Both the position numbers and the translations under genes were made by a program. A stretch of DNA of 64,000 bases from a virus: IMG/VR virus record IMGVR_UViG_3300015360_000024, positions 1 through 64,000 of that record. One strand, 5' to 3'. Position 1 is the first letter of the stretch; each line of letters begins with the position of its first letter. The notes beneath the pieces were generated by a model. The model worked only from the letters and a program-made list of their open reading frames with translations, was not told the origin of the DNA and ran no database searches. Below are positions 44,292 through 51,966 of the stretch, piece after piece.

Positions 44292-44418
44292 TGGACCAAC
44301 CAGGAGTTGAACCTGGATCTCTCCCTTGCATGGGTAACCATTTCTCGGCCGGCTCGCTTGCGCGAACAATGGATTTAAAACGGGTTTTTTGAGCGTGCTG
44401 CCGTTGCACCATCGGTCC
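44292..44418 (-). ncRNA. tRNA-Y RNA chimera 3
   Basis: GGACCGA/UUGGUCC-A; insert with UUGUUCGC-GCAA-GCGAGC(C)GG and GGUUACC. Confidence 0.8.
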
Positions 44419-44428
44419 AAAACTATCG

Positions 44429-44501
44429 TGGCAGCGGAGGAACTCGAATCCTATCGCCGTTCGGCTTATGAAACCGACGTCCTGACCCGCAGGTCGCTGC
44501 C
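44429..44501 (-). tRNA. tRNA(CAU), Met or Ile2, atypical D arm
   Basis: UCGGU-UU-CAU-AA-GCCGA. Confidence 0.7.
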
Positions 44502-44505
44502 AAGT

Positions 44506-44527
44506 GCGTAGCGGTTGCCCGCTACGC
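44506..44527 (-). terminator. GCAA-capped hairpin after tuf (terminator or processing site)
   Basis: GCGUAGCGG-GCAA-CCGCUACGC; weak U tail. Confidence 0.45.
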
Positions 44528-44534
44528 GAAGTCA

Positions 44535-45716
44535 CTACTCTACGCCCGTCACCACTCCGGCCCCAACGGTCTTACCACCCTCACGGACGGCGAATCGAGT
44601 TCCCGGCTCCATTCCGACTGGCTTGTGCAGCTTGAACGTGATGGCTGCGTGCTCGCCGGGACGAATCATGTCGAGATCTCCAGTGCCCTCCACGGTCCCC
44701 GTGACGTCGGTCGTCCCGAAGAAGAACTGCGGCCGGTATCCCTTGAAGAACGGCGTGTGACGACCGCCCTCGTTCGTGGGAATGACGTACAGCTCTGCGT
44801 GGCCAATCGTGTGCGGCTTCACCGAGCCCGGAGCGATCAGAACCTGGCCACGAACGACCTCGTCCCTCTTCACTCCGCGCAGGAGGATTCCGCAGTTCTC
44901 ACCCGCCCGAGCCTCCTGCTGATCCTTGTGGAACATCTGGATGCCCGTAACAGCGACCTGGCGAGGCTTCTGGTCTTCGCCTTCAAGGCCGATGATCTCG
45001 ACCGTAGCGCCGAGGGCTAGAACGCCTCGGTCGATGCGTCCGGTGACCACGGTGCCACGACCTTCGATCGTGTGAACTCCCTCGATGGGCATCATGAACG
45101 GGGACGTGAAGTCACGGATCGGGTCCGGGAAGTGCTTGTCCATCGTCTCGACCAACTCCTTGATACACGCGACATCCGCGTGATCTTTGCCGTGCTCTCC
45201 GATGGCAGCCAGCGCCTTGAGGGCAGAGCCGCAGACCATCGGCGAGTCGAGGTACTTCTGAGCCTTGAGGAAGTCCGAGGTCTCCTCTTTGACCAGCTCC
45301 AGCAGCTCTGGATCCGCGACGTCCACCTTGTTGATGAACACCACGATGTGCGAGACGCCGACCTGACGAGCCAGAAGGATGTGCTCCTTGGTCTGCGGCT
45401 GAGGTCCCTGAGATCCGTCCACCAGGAGCACTGCGCCGTCCATCTGGGACGCGCCTGTGATCATGTTCTTGATGTAGTCGGCGTGCCCCGGGCAGTCGAT
45501 GTGCGCGTAGTGCCGAGTCTCTGACTCGTACTCGACGTGAGCGATGTTGATGGTGATACCTCTGGCCTTCTCCTCGGGGGCTGAGTCGATCTGATCGAAC
45601 TCGACTGCCTTCCCGCCTCGAATCTTTGCCATCACCTTGGTGATAGCGGCCGTCAGGGTGGTCTTGCCGTGATCGACATGACCGATGGTTCCTACGTTCA
45701 CATGCAACTTGCTCAT
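44535..45716 (-). CDS. tuf: elongation factor Tu (divergent)
   Basis: [51 protein letters not shown]. Confidence 0.97.
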   Translation of the reverse strand: MSKLHVNVGTIGHVDHGKTTLTAAITKVMAKIRGGKAVEFDQIDSAPEEKARGITINIAHVEYESETRHYAHIDCPGHADYIKNMITGASQMDGAVLLVDGSQGPQPQTKEHILLARQVGVSHIVVFINKVDVADPELLELVKEETSDFLKAQKYLDSPMVCGSALKALAAIGEHGKDHADVACIKELVETMDKHFPDPIRDFTSPFMMPIEGVHTIEGRGTVVTGRIDRGVLALGATVEIIGLEGEDQKPRQVAVTGIQMFHKDQQEARAGENCGILLRGVKRDEVVRGQVLIAPGSVKPHTIGHAELYVIPTNEGGRHTPFFKGYRPQFFFGTTDVTGTVEGTGDLDMIRPGEHAAITFKLHKPVGMEPGTRFAVREGGKTVGAGVVTGVE

Positions 45717-45827
45717 CGTCGTACTCGCTCTCGTGGGCTCTTAACCCGTCTCCTCTGCAGAAACTCCCTTCCACGTCGCCGATAATTCGGCTCCAGACGC
45801 TTCCGTTCGTTGTTGGGTAGCAAAAAA

Positions 45828-46022
45828 TCAAATGAGTCCCTTTTCCTTCGCGATCCACTCGGTGATCACCAGGGTTCCTTCGGTGTCAGCCTTGTAGACC
45901 TCGGAGTCGTCGTCGATTTGGGACTTGGGTATCCAGAACTCTTCGCCCTCGATTACAACGAGCAGGGCCTTCTCGGTGTCACGCTTGACCGTGACGTTCT
46001 GGATCTGAACTTTTTCTGCCAT
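45828..46022 (-). CDS. small conserved phage protein
   Basis: TEKALLV...WIPKSQI...ITEWIAKEKGL. Confidence 0.7.
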   Translation of the reverse strand: MAEKVQIQNVTVKRDTEKALLVVIEGEEFWIPKSQIDDDSEVYKADTEGTLVITEWIAKEKGLI

Positions 46023-46024
46023 CT

Positions 46025-46100
46025 TGGTGGGCCCTCTCGGGTTCGAACCGAGGATCGATCGGTTATGAGCCGACTGCTTTGACCTCTAAGCTAAGGGCCC
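46025..46100 (-). tRNA. tRNA-Ile2(CAU)-like
   Basis: GGGCCCU acceptor, CU-CAU-AA, CCA. Confidence 0.85.
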
Positions 46101-46195
46101 GCAGTCATTGCGACATGTTGCAAGTACCCGTGCGCCCCCCAATTGTCAACGATGCCCGGTTGCTGGATCTGCCCAACCTGTAGTATTCATGGGGC

Positions 46196-46741
46196 ATGTT
46201 CAGGTCGCTGATCAACGAGTGCCGATCCGTCCTTGAAGACGGCGAAGAGTCTGCCGATAAGCCCGCCGTGAACACGGCTGAGGTGGCCCCGAAGGCCAAG
46301 CGGAGGAACAAGCACGATCGAGCGGCCCACAAGATCGGCGAACTACTGGGCACCCACCCGGGGAACTTGTCTCGCAAGAAGATGCTCAAGATGGTTCGCC
46401 ACATGAAGCATCACTTCGAGAAGGGTCACGGGGCAGGCGAAGGCGAAGGCGACTACAAGACCGTCGATGCAGATGATCTGGCAACGCTTGGTCGTCACGC
46501 GGTCGACGTCTCGTCGCACGCCAACGCGATGATGAGAATGCCTGGTCCGGCGCACCACATGGCATCGCACCTCTGCAACCATGTTGCGAACGCTCACGAC
46601 CGGATGAGCAAGTTCTTCAAGATGAACGCCGACGAGGAGTCATCTGAGCTGCATGGCAACGAGTGCGAGAAGCACCGTTCACTCGCCGCCGACCACCGTA
46701 AGAAGGCTCGCCGTCACGGTCACTACGACGGCGAGTACTAG
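46196..46741 (+). CDS. His-rich hypothetical protein
   Basis: 181 aa with many His in HxxxH-like spacing. Confidence 0.65.
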   Translation: MFRSLINECRSVLEDGEESADKPAVNTAEVAPKAKRRNKHDRAAHKIGELLGTHPGNLSRKKMLKMVRHMKHHFEKGHGAGEGEGDYKTVDADDLATLGRHAVDVSSHANAMMRMPGPAHHMASHLCNHVANAHDRMSKFFKMNADEESSELHGNECEKHRSLAADHRKKARRHGHYDGEY

Positions 46742-46813
46742 TTCGCGCTTGCGGTGATCTCGGAAGTCACCGCTGTGTCGGCACCTAGGACGTGTCGAAG
46801 CGCAACCCGTTCG

Positions 46814-46885
46814 TCCGCCCGCTGGGAGTCGAACCCAGATGAACCGCTTATAAAGCAGCCGCATTAGCCGTTATGCGACGGGCGG
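46814..46885 (-). tRNA. tRNA-Ile(UAU)
   Basis: GCUGC-UU-UAU-AA-GCGGU. Confidence 0.85.
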
Positions 46886-46889
46886 ACGG

Positions 46890-46957
46890 CAGGCTGTGCG
46901 GGAATTGAACCCACCAAGGATGCTTTTGGAGAGCGTCCCCCACCCAGTGGCCAGCCT
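46890..46957 (-). tRNA. tRNA-Trp(CCA), reduced D arm
   Basis: CU-CCA-AA loop, G73. Confidence 0.7.
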
Positions 46958-46967
46958 ATATCGTTTG

Positions 46968-47040
46968 TGCATCTAGCAGGAGTCGAACCTGCGTTTTAGC
47001 TTTCGGAGAGCTACGTCCTGTCCAGCTGGACGATAGATGC
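46968..47040 (-). tRNA. tRNA-Arg(CCG)
   Basis: Cloverleaf. Confidence 0.9.
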
Positions 47041-47041
47041 A

Positions 47042-47116
47042 TGGTGACTCTACAGGGACTCGAACCCCGATTTCAGCGTCCGTAGCGCTGCGCTCTGTCC
47101 ATTGAGCTATAGAGCC
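47042..47116 (-). tRNA. tRNA-Arg(ACG)
   Basis: Cloverleaf, CCA. Confidence 0.9.
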
Positions 47117-47122
47117 GAGAAG

Positions 47123-47195
47123 CGGTTCCACCGAGATTCGAACTCGGAACTTAGGTTTCGTAGACCTACGTGATATCCATTTCCACCACGGAACC
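47123..47195 (-). tRNA. tRNA-Arg(ACG)
   Basis: Cloverleaf. Confidence 0.9.
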
Positions 47196-47228
47196 AAGAA
47201 AAGAAGCTGCCCTCCACGTCAGAAGTGC

Positions 47229-47605
47229 TTATCGGCCGCTGACTTTCATCAACCAGACCCGTCCAACTACTAAGGCTGGCTCCGGGATCGACCCTCGTCT
47301 GGTAGAGAGCAAAAAATGCTGAATGTACGCAGTAAGTCGGGCGGCGACTTCATCAGCCTGGGGGTAGGCGATGTCGCGTAGGATCTGCTCGACGGTGGTC
47401 AGAATTTTGTCGTCCTTCCACCCGCATCCACGAGCGTCCCTATAGAACGAGATCCAGCAATGGATCATATCGTTCTGCCGGAGAGACTCGCAGACGATCT
47501 CAAGCGGTATCCCGCGAGAGTTGTAGGCGGCGAAGACGTTGCCGACTACGACATTTCCGTCCGATGTCTCTCCTGTCTTGAAAAGTTTCCTGCGTCCCGC
47601 GACAT
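47229..47605 (-). CDS. hypothetical protein, apparent indel near the start
   Basis: Frame RRKLFKTG...VFAAYNSRGIPLEIVCE...MIHCW runs open to 47229; the nearest RBS+ATG is out of frame. Confidence 0.45.
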
Positions 47606-47715
47606 TTCGTACCTCCAGGGTTGTTAGAAAAAACGCTCGCCTGACTTACACGGAAGAGTAGCCGCCGCGCACCATACCAGACTGCACCATTACGATTATC
47701 TTGGTGGAAGCGAAT

Positions 47716-47790
47716 TGGAGCCCGCGAAGGGAATCAAACCCTTAACCTCTCCCATACCAAGGGAGTGCTCTATCGTTGAGCTACGCGGGC
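47716..47790 (-). tRNA. tRNA-Thr(GGU)
   Basis: Cloverleaf, CCA. Confidence 0.9.
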
Positions 47791-47798
47791 ATAAACCG

Positions 47799-47870
47799 TA
47801 CACGAGGTGGGGATCGAACCCACGATCTCTGCGATGTCAACGCAGTATTCTTCCGCTGAACTACTCGTGC
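47799..47870 (-). tRNA. tRNA-Val(GAC)
   Basis: Cloverleaf. Confidence 0.9.
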
Positions 47871-47874
47871 AAAT

Positions 47875-47951
47875 TGACGAACAAGAAGTGCAGCTGAGCG
47901 TTTGGATCAGATTATTAGTCAGATTGATAACTCAACTACGACGGCTCGTCA
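47875..47951 (-). ncRNA. Y RNA-like a
   Basis: 5' UGACGAGC(C)G..GUAGUUGAGUUAUC ... CUCAGCUGC..UUGUUCGUCA 3'. Confidence 0.8.
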
Positions 47952-47959
47952 GAAAAAAC

Positions 47960-48019
47960 GGCGAACAAGGAGATGATCGTGGGGTCATTTTCAAGGTAAC
48001 CCATGATCTTCGGCTCGCC
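47960..48019 (-). ncRNA. Y RNA-like b
   Basis: 5' GGCGAGC(C)GAAGAUCAUGGGUUACC ... UUGUUCGCC followed by a U run. Confidence 0.85.
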
Positions 48020-48026
48020 AAAAACG

Positions 48027-48296
48027 TTAGGCCTGATGGATCGGAATCTGGAACGACAGGCCTTTGCCTTCCAACATCTGGTCGTGAAGACGGTCGATGA
48101 GCTTCTCGAACGGGTAGTCGTCGTCTGAGGCGCCGACGTGCGTATGGTCCTCTCCGAGGTATAGGGTCAGCGAGTTGCCACCCCAGTCCGGCGCAAACGA
48201 GACGACCGGCTTGCCGCTGCCTGGACCTTCTCCATCCTCATTGCATCGCTTGACGATATTCCTGAGGATCTCTTCGCATTTCTCTGCTGTCGTCAT
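48027..48296 (-). CDS. hypothetical protein
   Basis: 89 aa. Confidence 0.65.
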   Translation of the reverse strand: MTTAEKCEEILRNIVKRCNEDGEGPGSGKPVVSFAPDWGGNSLTLYLGEDHTHVGASDDDYPFEKLIDRLHDQMLEGKGLSFQIPIHQA

Positions 48297-48312
48297 TCAT
48301 GGCCTCGGTGAG

Positions 48313-48387
48313 TGGTAGCGCTTAGGGGTATCGATCCCCTTTCCTCTGTTGGAAAGACAGATGTTCTAGCCAGTGAACTAAAGCGCC
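48313..48387 (-). tRNA. tRNA-Glu(UUC)
   Basis: Cloverleaf, CCA, T loop AUCGAUA. Confidence 0.85.
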
Positions 48388-48468
48388 GTAGGGTGATTTT
48401 TGACTTATTGAAATTAATGGCTACTATTATCCAGATGATCTTGATGTCGATCTCAGCGCGAGGAATTT

Positions 48469-48672
48469 ATGGACATCAAGGAATTGGCGGGCCTGCTCAT
48501 CTTCTACGGTGACCACAAAGATCACTGCGGAATTTCACGTGTACTCTACCACCGAGCTATCACGAACTCGGACCGTCCGGTCACCTACCCGCCATGTGAT
48601 TGCGGCTGGAATGAAGCTCGAAAGAACGCTGCCGGGATCATCAGGACGAGCGGCGCCCATGGATGGCCGTAG
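48469..48672 (+). CDS. hypothetical protein
   Basis: 67 aa, GAGG RBS. Confidence 0.55.
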   Translation: MDIKELAGLLIFYGDHKDHCGISRVLYHRAITNSDRPVTYPPCDCGWNEARKNAAGIIRTSGAHGWP

Positions 48673-48744
48673 AGCACGCCGAGGGAGTTTAACCCGTCGA
48701 TCCTGGTTTTGCAGACCAGTGCCTTACCGCTTGGCTATGCGTGC
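48673..48744 (-). tRNA. tRNA-Cys(GCA)
   Basis: Cloverleaf, U73. Confidence 0.85.
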
Positions 48745-49190
48745 AGAACGAAGTCTGACCAATGTTTGGACGTTTGAATCCTATGACAGTTGGCACAGAG
48801 CAAGATGCATTTGTCGACCTCAGCTTTTAGTTGCTCAGTGTTGTATTTTTTGGGGTGCCTGATCATCAAGGTCACGTCGCCCGTCTTGCTTCCAGGGTCC
48901 TTGTGATGAAATTCCAGGCACGGCAAGCGACTCTCTCCGCACGTCGAGCATCGGCATTGCCCGAGGTACATCGCCCATTCGTGCTTCCTTCGCCAAAACA
49001 GGTTTGACAGGTATGTAGGATTCGCCTGTCTCTTCTTGGCGGCCTTATCTAGGTAGTCAGGCTTGGAGCGCTCTGTTTGGCGATACTTCTTAATGCGATC
49101 CTGGTTATTCAAGTACCAGTGCCGCTTCCTGCATGGCGTGGAGCAAAACTCGCCATCGCTTACTTTGCCATGACAGGTCGCGCACTTCAT
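48735..49190 (-). CDS. HNH endonuclease
   Basis: CSTCGE...CLEFHHKDP...VDKCILLCANCH. Confidence 0.85.
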   Translation of the reverse strand: MKCATCHGKVSDGEFCSTPCRKRHWYLNNQDRIKKYRQTERSKPDYLDKAAKKRQANPTYLSNLFWRRKHEWAMYLGQCRCSTCGESRLPCLEFHHKDPGSKTGDVTLMIRHPKKYNTEQLKAEVDKCILLCANCHRIQTSKHWSDFVLHA

Positions 49191-49267
49191 CTACGCGATC
49201 ATAAAACAACTGTCTACGTCAGATCCAGTGCAATCTGTAGCCAGGCCGCCTGGTGACGTGCAAAAAA

Positions 49268-49331
49268 CGCGAACAAGAAGATGAACCTGGGGGAAATCTT
49301 AAATGGATAACCCAAGCTCGAACGGCTCGCG
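49268..49331 (-). ncRNA. Y RNA-like c
   Basis: 5' CGCGAGC(C)G...UUGGGUUAUC ... UUGUUCGCG followed by a U run. Confidence 0.85.
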
Positions 49332-49340
49332 AAAAAGATA

Positions 49341-49466
49341 GACGAACATGGTGCGTGGTTGGACGTTGAGAGCGGATTCAAACCGCTACCTCCGGGGTTT
49401 TCAGCCCAGGCGCTCTCTCAGTTAAGCTACTCCGATGGTGCGGTAATCCAATCACTTCGGCTCGTC
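49341..49466 (-). ncRNA. Y RNA-like d enclosing a tRNA-Phe(GAA)-like domain
   Basis: Ends GACGAGC(C)GAAG / AUGUUCGUC; upper stem UUGGA/UCCAA; internal D arm, CU-GAA-AA loop, T arm AGCGG-UUUGAAU-CCGCU; acceptor only 3 bp. Confidence 0.75.
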
Positions 49467-49467
49467 T

Positions 49468-49543
49468 TGGCGACCCTACGGGGATTCGAACCCCGATTGA
49501 CCGACTGAGAATCGGCTCTCCTGGCCAGTTGGAGGATAGGGTC
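49468..49543 (-). tRNA. tRNA-Glu(CUC)
   Basis: Cloverleaf, CCA. Confidence 0.9.
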
Positions 49544-49547
49544 AAAA

Positions 49548-49612
49548 AGCGAACAATTTGGTGAAGCAGGGGTTTTTCAACCATTTGATAACCCTGCCTC
49601 GTCCGGCTCGCT
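49548..49612 (-). ncRNA. Y RNA-like e
   Basis: 5' AGCGAGC(C)GG..GCAGGGUUAUC ... CCCUGC..AUUGUUCGCU followed by a U run. Confidence 0.85.
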
Positions 49613-49617
49613 CAAAA

Positions 49618-50001
49618 CTAAAGCGCTACTGAGTAGAGCGCTGGGTAGCGTAGTCTGGCCTTGCGTTCCTTTTCGAGGAAGGCTGGCAGCTCGATGAATT
49701 CTGTGCCGTGGTCTTCTCCGCCAAAGATCCAGATCAGCGTCATTCTCGCCTGAGCGATGAGACGCTCCTGGTTGAATCGGCCTCCGTCTGTACCATCTTG
49801 CCGGATGATCAACGCCGAGCCCCACACGCTTCGGTCTGAGGCATCTGGCTTCCAGTCCGGGGCTCCGATGCCGATACTCAGCGGAAGAAGCCCTCCGATC
49901 CTGCCGATGACATCCATCATCTTCAGCAGCAAGCGGTGATCGGTAAGGAACGGCCCGCTTTCAAGTTCGGCCCAAAGCCCGATAACATCATGCATTCTCA
50001 T
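49618..50001 (-). CDS. hypothetical protein
   Basis: 127 aa, AGGAG RBS. Confidence 0.55.
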   Translation of the reverse strand: MRMHDVIGLWAELESGPFLTDHRLLLKMMDVIGRIGGLLPLSIGIGAPDWKPDASDRSVWGSALIIRQDGTDGGRFNQERLIAQARMTLIWIFGGEDHGTEFIELPAFLEKERKARLRYPALYSVAL

Positions 50002-50183
50002 CTCCTAACGGGTGGGCTTCGCTTATCTGCAATCCGTAGGCCTTTCGGTATCATGCGAGCAACTACCACGAGCCTGTCGGAGACGATCTTGGTGCTCAGC
50101 TTTGGCACAGTGTGATAAGAGTTCAAGGAGTGATCGACGGAATCGAACCGCCGTAGTCGACGTAACCGGCCCAGGTACACCCT

Positions 50184-50258
50184 TGGCGAACCACCCCAGA
50201 CTTGAACTGGGAACCCATCGCTTAACAAACGATCGCTCTACATTGGAGCTAGTGGTTC
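50184..50258 (-). tRNA. tRNA-Asn(GUU)
   Basis: Cloverleaf, CCA. Confidence 0.9.
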
Positions 50259-50267
50259 AAACAGAAG

Positions 50268-50339
50268 CTCCCTAACCAGGACTCGAACCTGGAACCTAAC
50301 GGTTAACAGCCGTTTGCTCGACCATTGAGCTATTAGGGA
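50268..50339 (-). tRNA. tRNA-Asn(GUU)
   Basis: Cloverleaf, G73. Confidence 0.9.
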
Positions 50340-50399
50340 ATAGGGCGAACCGGACCTCTTGCGAGGTCACTCCCTAGACTTCCGTCTTAGTAGTTCGCT

Positions 50400-50475
50400 T
50401 GGAGCTGATGACAGGAGTTGAACCTGCAACCGTCGCTTTACAAAAGCGCTGCGCTGCCAATTGCGCCACACCAGC
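50400..50475 (-). tRNA. tRNA-Thr(UGU)
   Basis: Cloverleaf, CCA. Confidence 0.9.
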
Positions 50476-50481
50476 ATTACG

Positions 50482-50552
50482 TTCGGGGGCAGAGACTCGA
50501 ACTCTGATAACCGGCTTCAAAGACCAGCGTCCTACCGTTGAACGACCCCCGA
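50482..50552 (-). tRNA. tRNA-Gln(UUG)
   Basis: Cloverleaf. Confidence 0.9.
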
Positions 50553-50585
50553 GTGACAAGATCAAGATCCGTGTATATTCCTGTT

Positions 50586-50765
50586 ATGAACGATAAGAGA
50601 AAGCAGAGCCTCTACTTCCCAGAAGACATGCTGGCCGAGGTTCAGGCCGAGGCTACTCGGCTTGACCGATCTCTCTCCTGGGTGGTTCAGCGAGCCTGGA
50701 TCATCTCAAGGGAGAAGATGAAGGAGATCCCTTCGATCAACGAACCGCCTCGCGAGACGGACTAG
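50586..50765 (+). CDS. TIGR04563 / MXAN_4361-like small ribbon-helix-helix protein
   Basis: KRKQSLYFPEDMLAEVQAEATRLDRSLSWVVQRAW. Confidence 0.8.
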   Translation: MNDKRKQSLYFPEDMLAEVQAEATRLDRSLSWVVQRAWIISREKMKEIPSINEPPRETD

Positions 50766-50837
50766 AGCCCACGGCCGGACTTGAACCGGCAGCCTGTGCT
50801 TTACGAAAGCACTGCACCGCCATTGTGCTACGTGGGC
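50766..50837 (-). tRNA. tRNA-Thr(CGU)
   Basis: Cloverleaf. Confidence 0.9.
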
Positions 50838-50907
50838 AGGAAGCTCCCTGGCTGATAAGGCCTACTTTCGCCCGGGACAGGCTAGCTCCGTATCAAGGAG
50901 CAAGTAG

Positions 50908-50978
50908 AGCAGGTAACGGGAATCGGACCCGTCTAGCCAGGGTGGAAGCCTGGAGCCTCGCCAGTCGGCCTTACCTGC
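50908..50978 (-). tRNA. tRNA-Gly(UCC)
   Basis: Cloverleaf, U73. Confidence 0.85.
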
Positions 50979-51305
50979 AAAACGTCACTTCGCGAACCAT
51001 GGCTTCTCGATACCCTCTTCAAGCGTCTTCAGAACCATCTCCAGAAGATCGCTTGCCACCTTTTCTCCGTGGAAGGCGAGGAGGTCTTGATGAACCTCGC
51101 TGCTGAACGGCATGTCCTGACCATTGGTCGGGTTGACGATGTACGGCCTGCTTCCGACCTTGTTCTATAGCCGCGCTTCGTGCATTCCTCGTTGAACTGG
51201 TCGATCGTCATAGAGCGATCTTAGCTCTTAGCCACCACCAGCCAAAGCGAATGCCGGTGACAACAGAGAGAGCGCCGAGAATTTCCAGAGGGCAAATGTG
51301 CATGG

Positions 51306-51382
51306 TGGGGTGCCTAGGGGGAATCGAACCCGCCTCTTCTTGAGCCACAATCAAGCGCGCGAACCGTTACGCTATAGGCACC
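51306..51382 (-). tRNA. tRNA-His(GUG)
   Basis: G-1:C73, CCA. Confidence 0.9.
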
Positions 51383-51408
51383 ATAATCGTTCAATTGACA
51401 AGACGTCG

Positions 51409-51479
51409 TGCGGGTGGAGGGACTCGAACCCTCGTCTCAGCGTTGGCAACGCAGCGTCCTACCATTGGACGACACCTGC
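51409..51479 (-). tRNA. tRNA-Gly(GCC)
   Basis: Cloverleaf. Confidence 0.85.
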
Positions 51480-51553
51480 AAATTGGCGCCAGTCGTAGGC
51501 TCAGGCCATGGCGCCTCAGCGCCTGAGTTGTTCCTCGTACCGGCAAAAATCAG

Positions 51554-51625
51554 TCGGGGTGAGAGGGATCGAACCTCCGGCTTCTTGGTCCCGAACCAAG
51601 CGTGATACCACTTCACTACACCCCG
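51554..51625 (-). tRNA. tRNA-Pro(CGG)
   Basis: Cloverleaf. Confidence 0.9.
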
Positions 51626-51966
51626 TTGTTACGTCTTCTGTGCGTGCGATCCGCGTGACAGTTCGCGCAGACCACCTCGCATTTCGCGATCTCTTTGTTG
51701 ATTGTCGCTTCCGATAGGTACTGACCTACCATGGAGGCGATGTCGGAAACTTTGATGCCGCTCACGTGATCGAACTGCAAAACCCATGGTCGAAACTCGT
51801 TCTTGCAGTCGATGCAGCCACCCTTCTTCGCATCATTCACGAGTGTCCTGAGACGCTCGCGAATGATCTTCCTTGCTACCTTTTTGCGCTCTGAGTATCG
51901 GACGCGGTGCTTCGCGTAATGATCTCGTTGATACAAACGCTTGTCGTCCAGTGTCTCAAACGGCAT
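51616..51966 (-). CDS. HNH endonuclease
   Basis: GCIDC...VLQFDHV...IAKCEVVCANCH. Confidence 0.8.
   Translation of the reverse strand: MPFETLDDKRLYQRDHYAKHRVRYSERKKVARKIIRERLRTLVNDAKKGGCIDCKNEFRPWVLQFDHVSGIKVSDIASMVGQYLSEATINKEIAKCEVVCANCHADRTHRRRNNGV

Noticed and set aside
43233-44418. Group I introns in tRNA anticodon loops
   Set aside because: Inserts of about 60 nt are far too short for a group I core, and they share a bulged helix with free-standing copies elsewhere; splicing is left as the refuting test
45786-45800. GGAGCCGAAUUAUC resembling a Y RNA 5' strand upstream of tuf
   Set aside because: No UUGUUC partner strand nearby
44625-45858. Long antisense and alternate-frame ORFs over tuf, the phosphoesterase, the GHKL ATPase and the tRNA genes
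   Set aside because: Shadow ORFs typical of GC-rich coding strands; they overlap well-supported genes or tRNAs
47875-49612. CRISPR-like repeat array (recurring CGGCTCG / GAACAA)
   Set aside because: Motifs are paired ends of individual hairpin RNAs with irregular spacing; no constant repeat-spacer period and no cas genes
50128-50182. tmRNA 3' end (GGCGG-UUCGAUU-CCGUC)
   Set aside because: No matching tmRNA 5' end, tag ORF or G3:U70 acceptor was found
50985-51211. Apparent frameshift in a small hypothetical gene (similar cases at about 47600 and 32872)
   Set aside because: No slippery or SD signal; several isolated indels suggest assembly error. Only the 36304 site has a recognised recoding signal
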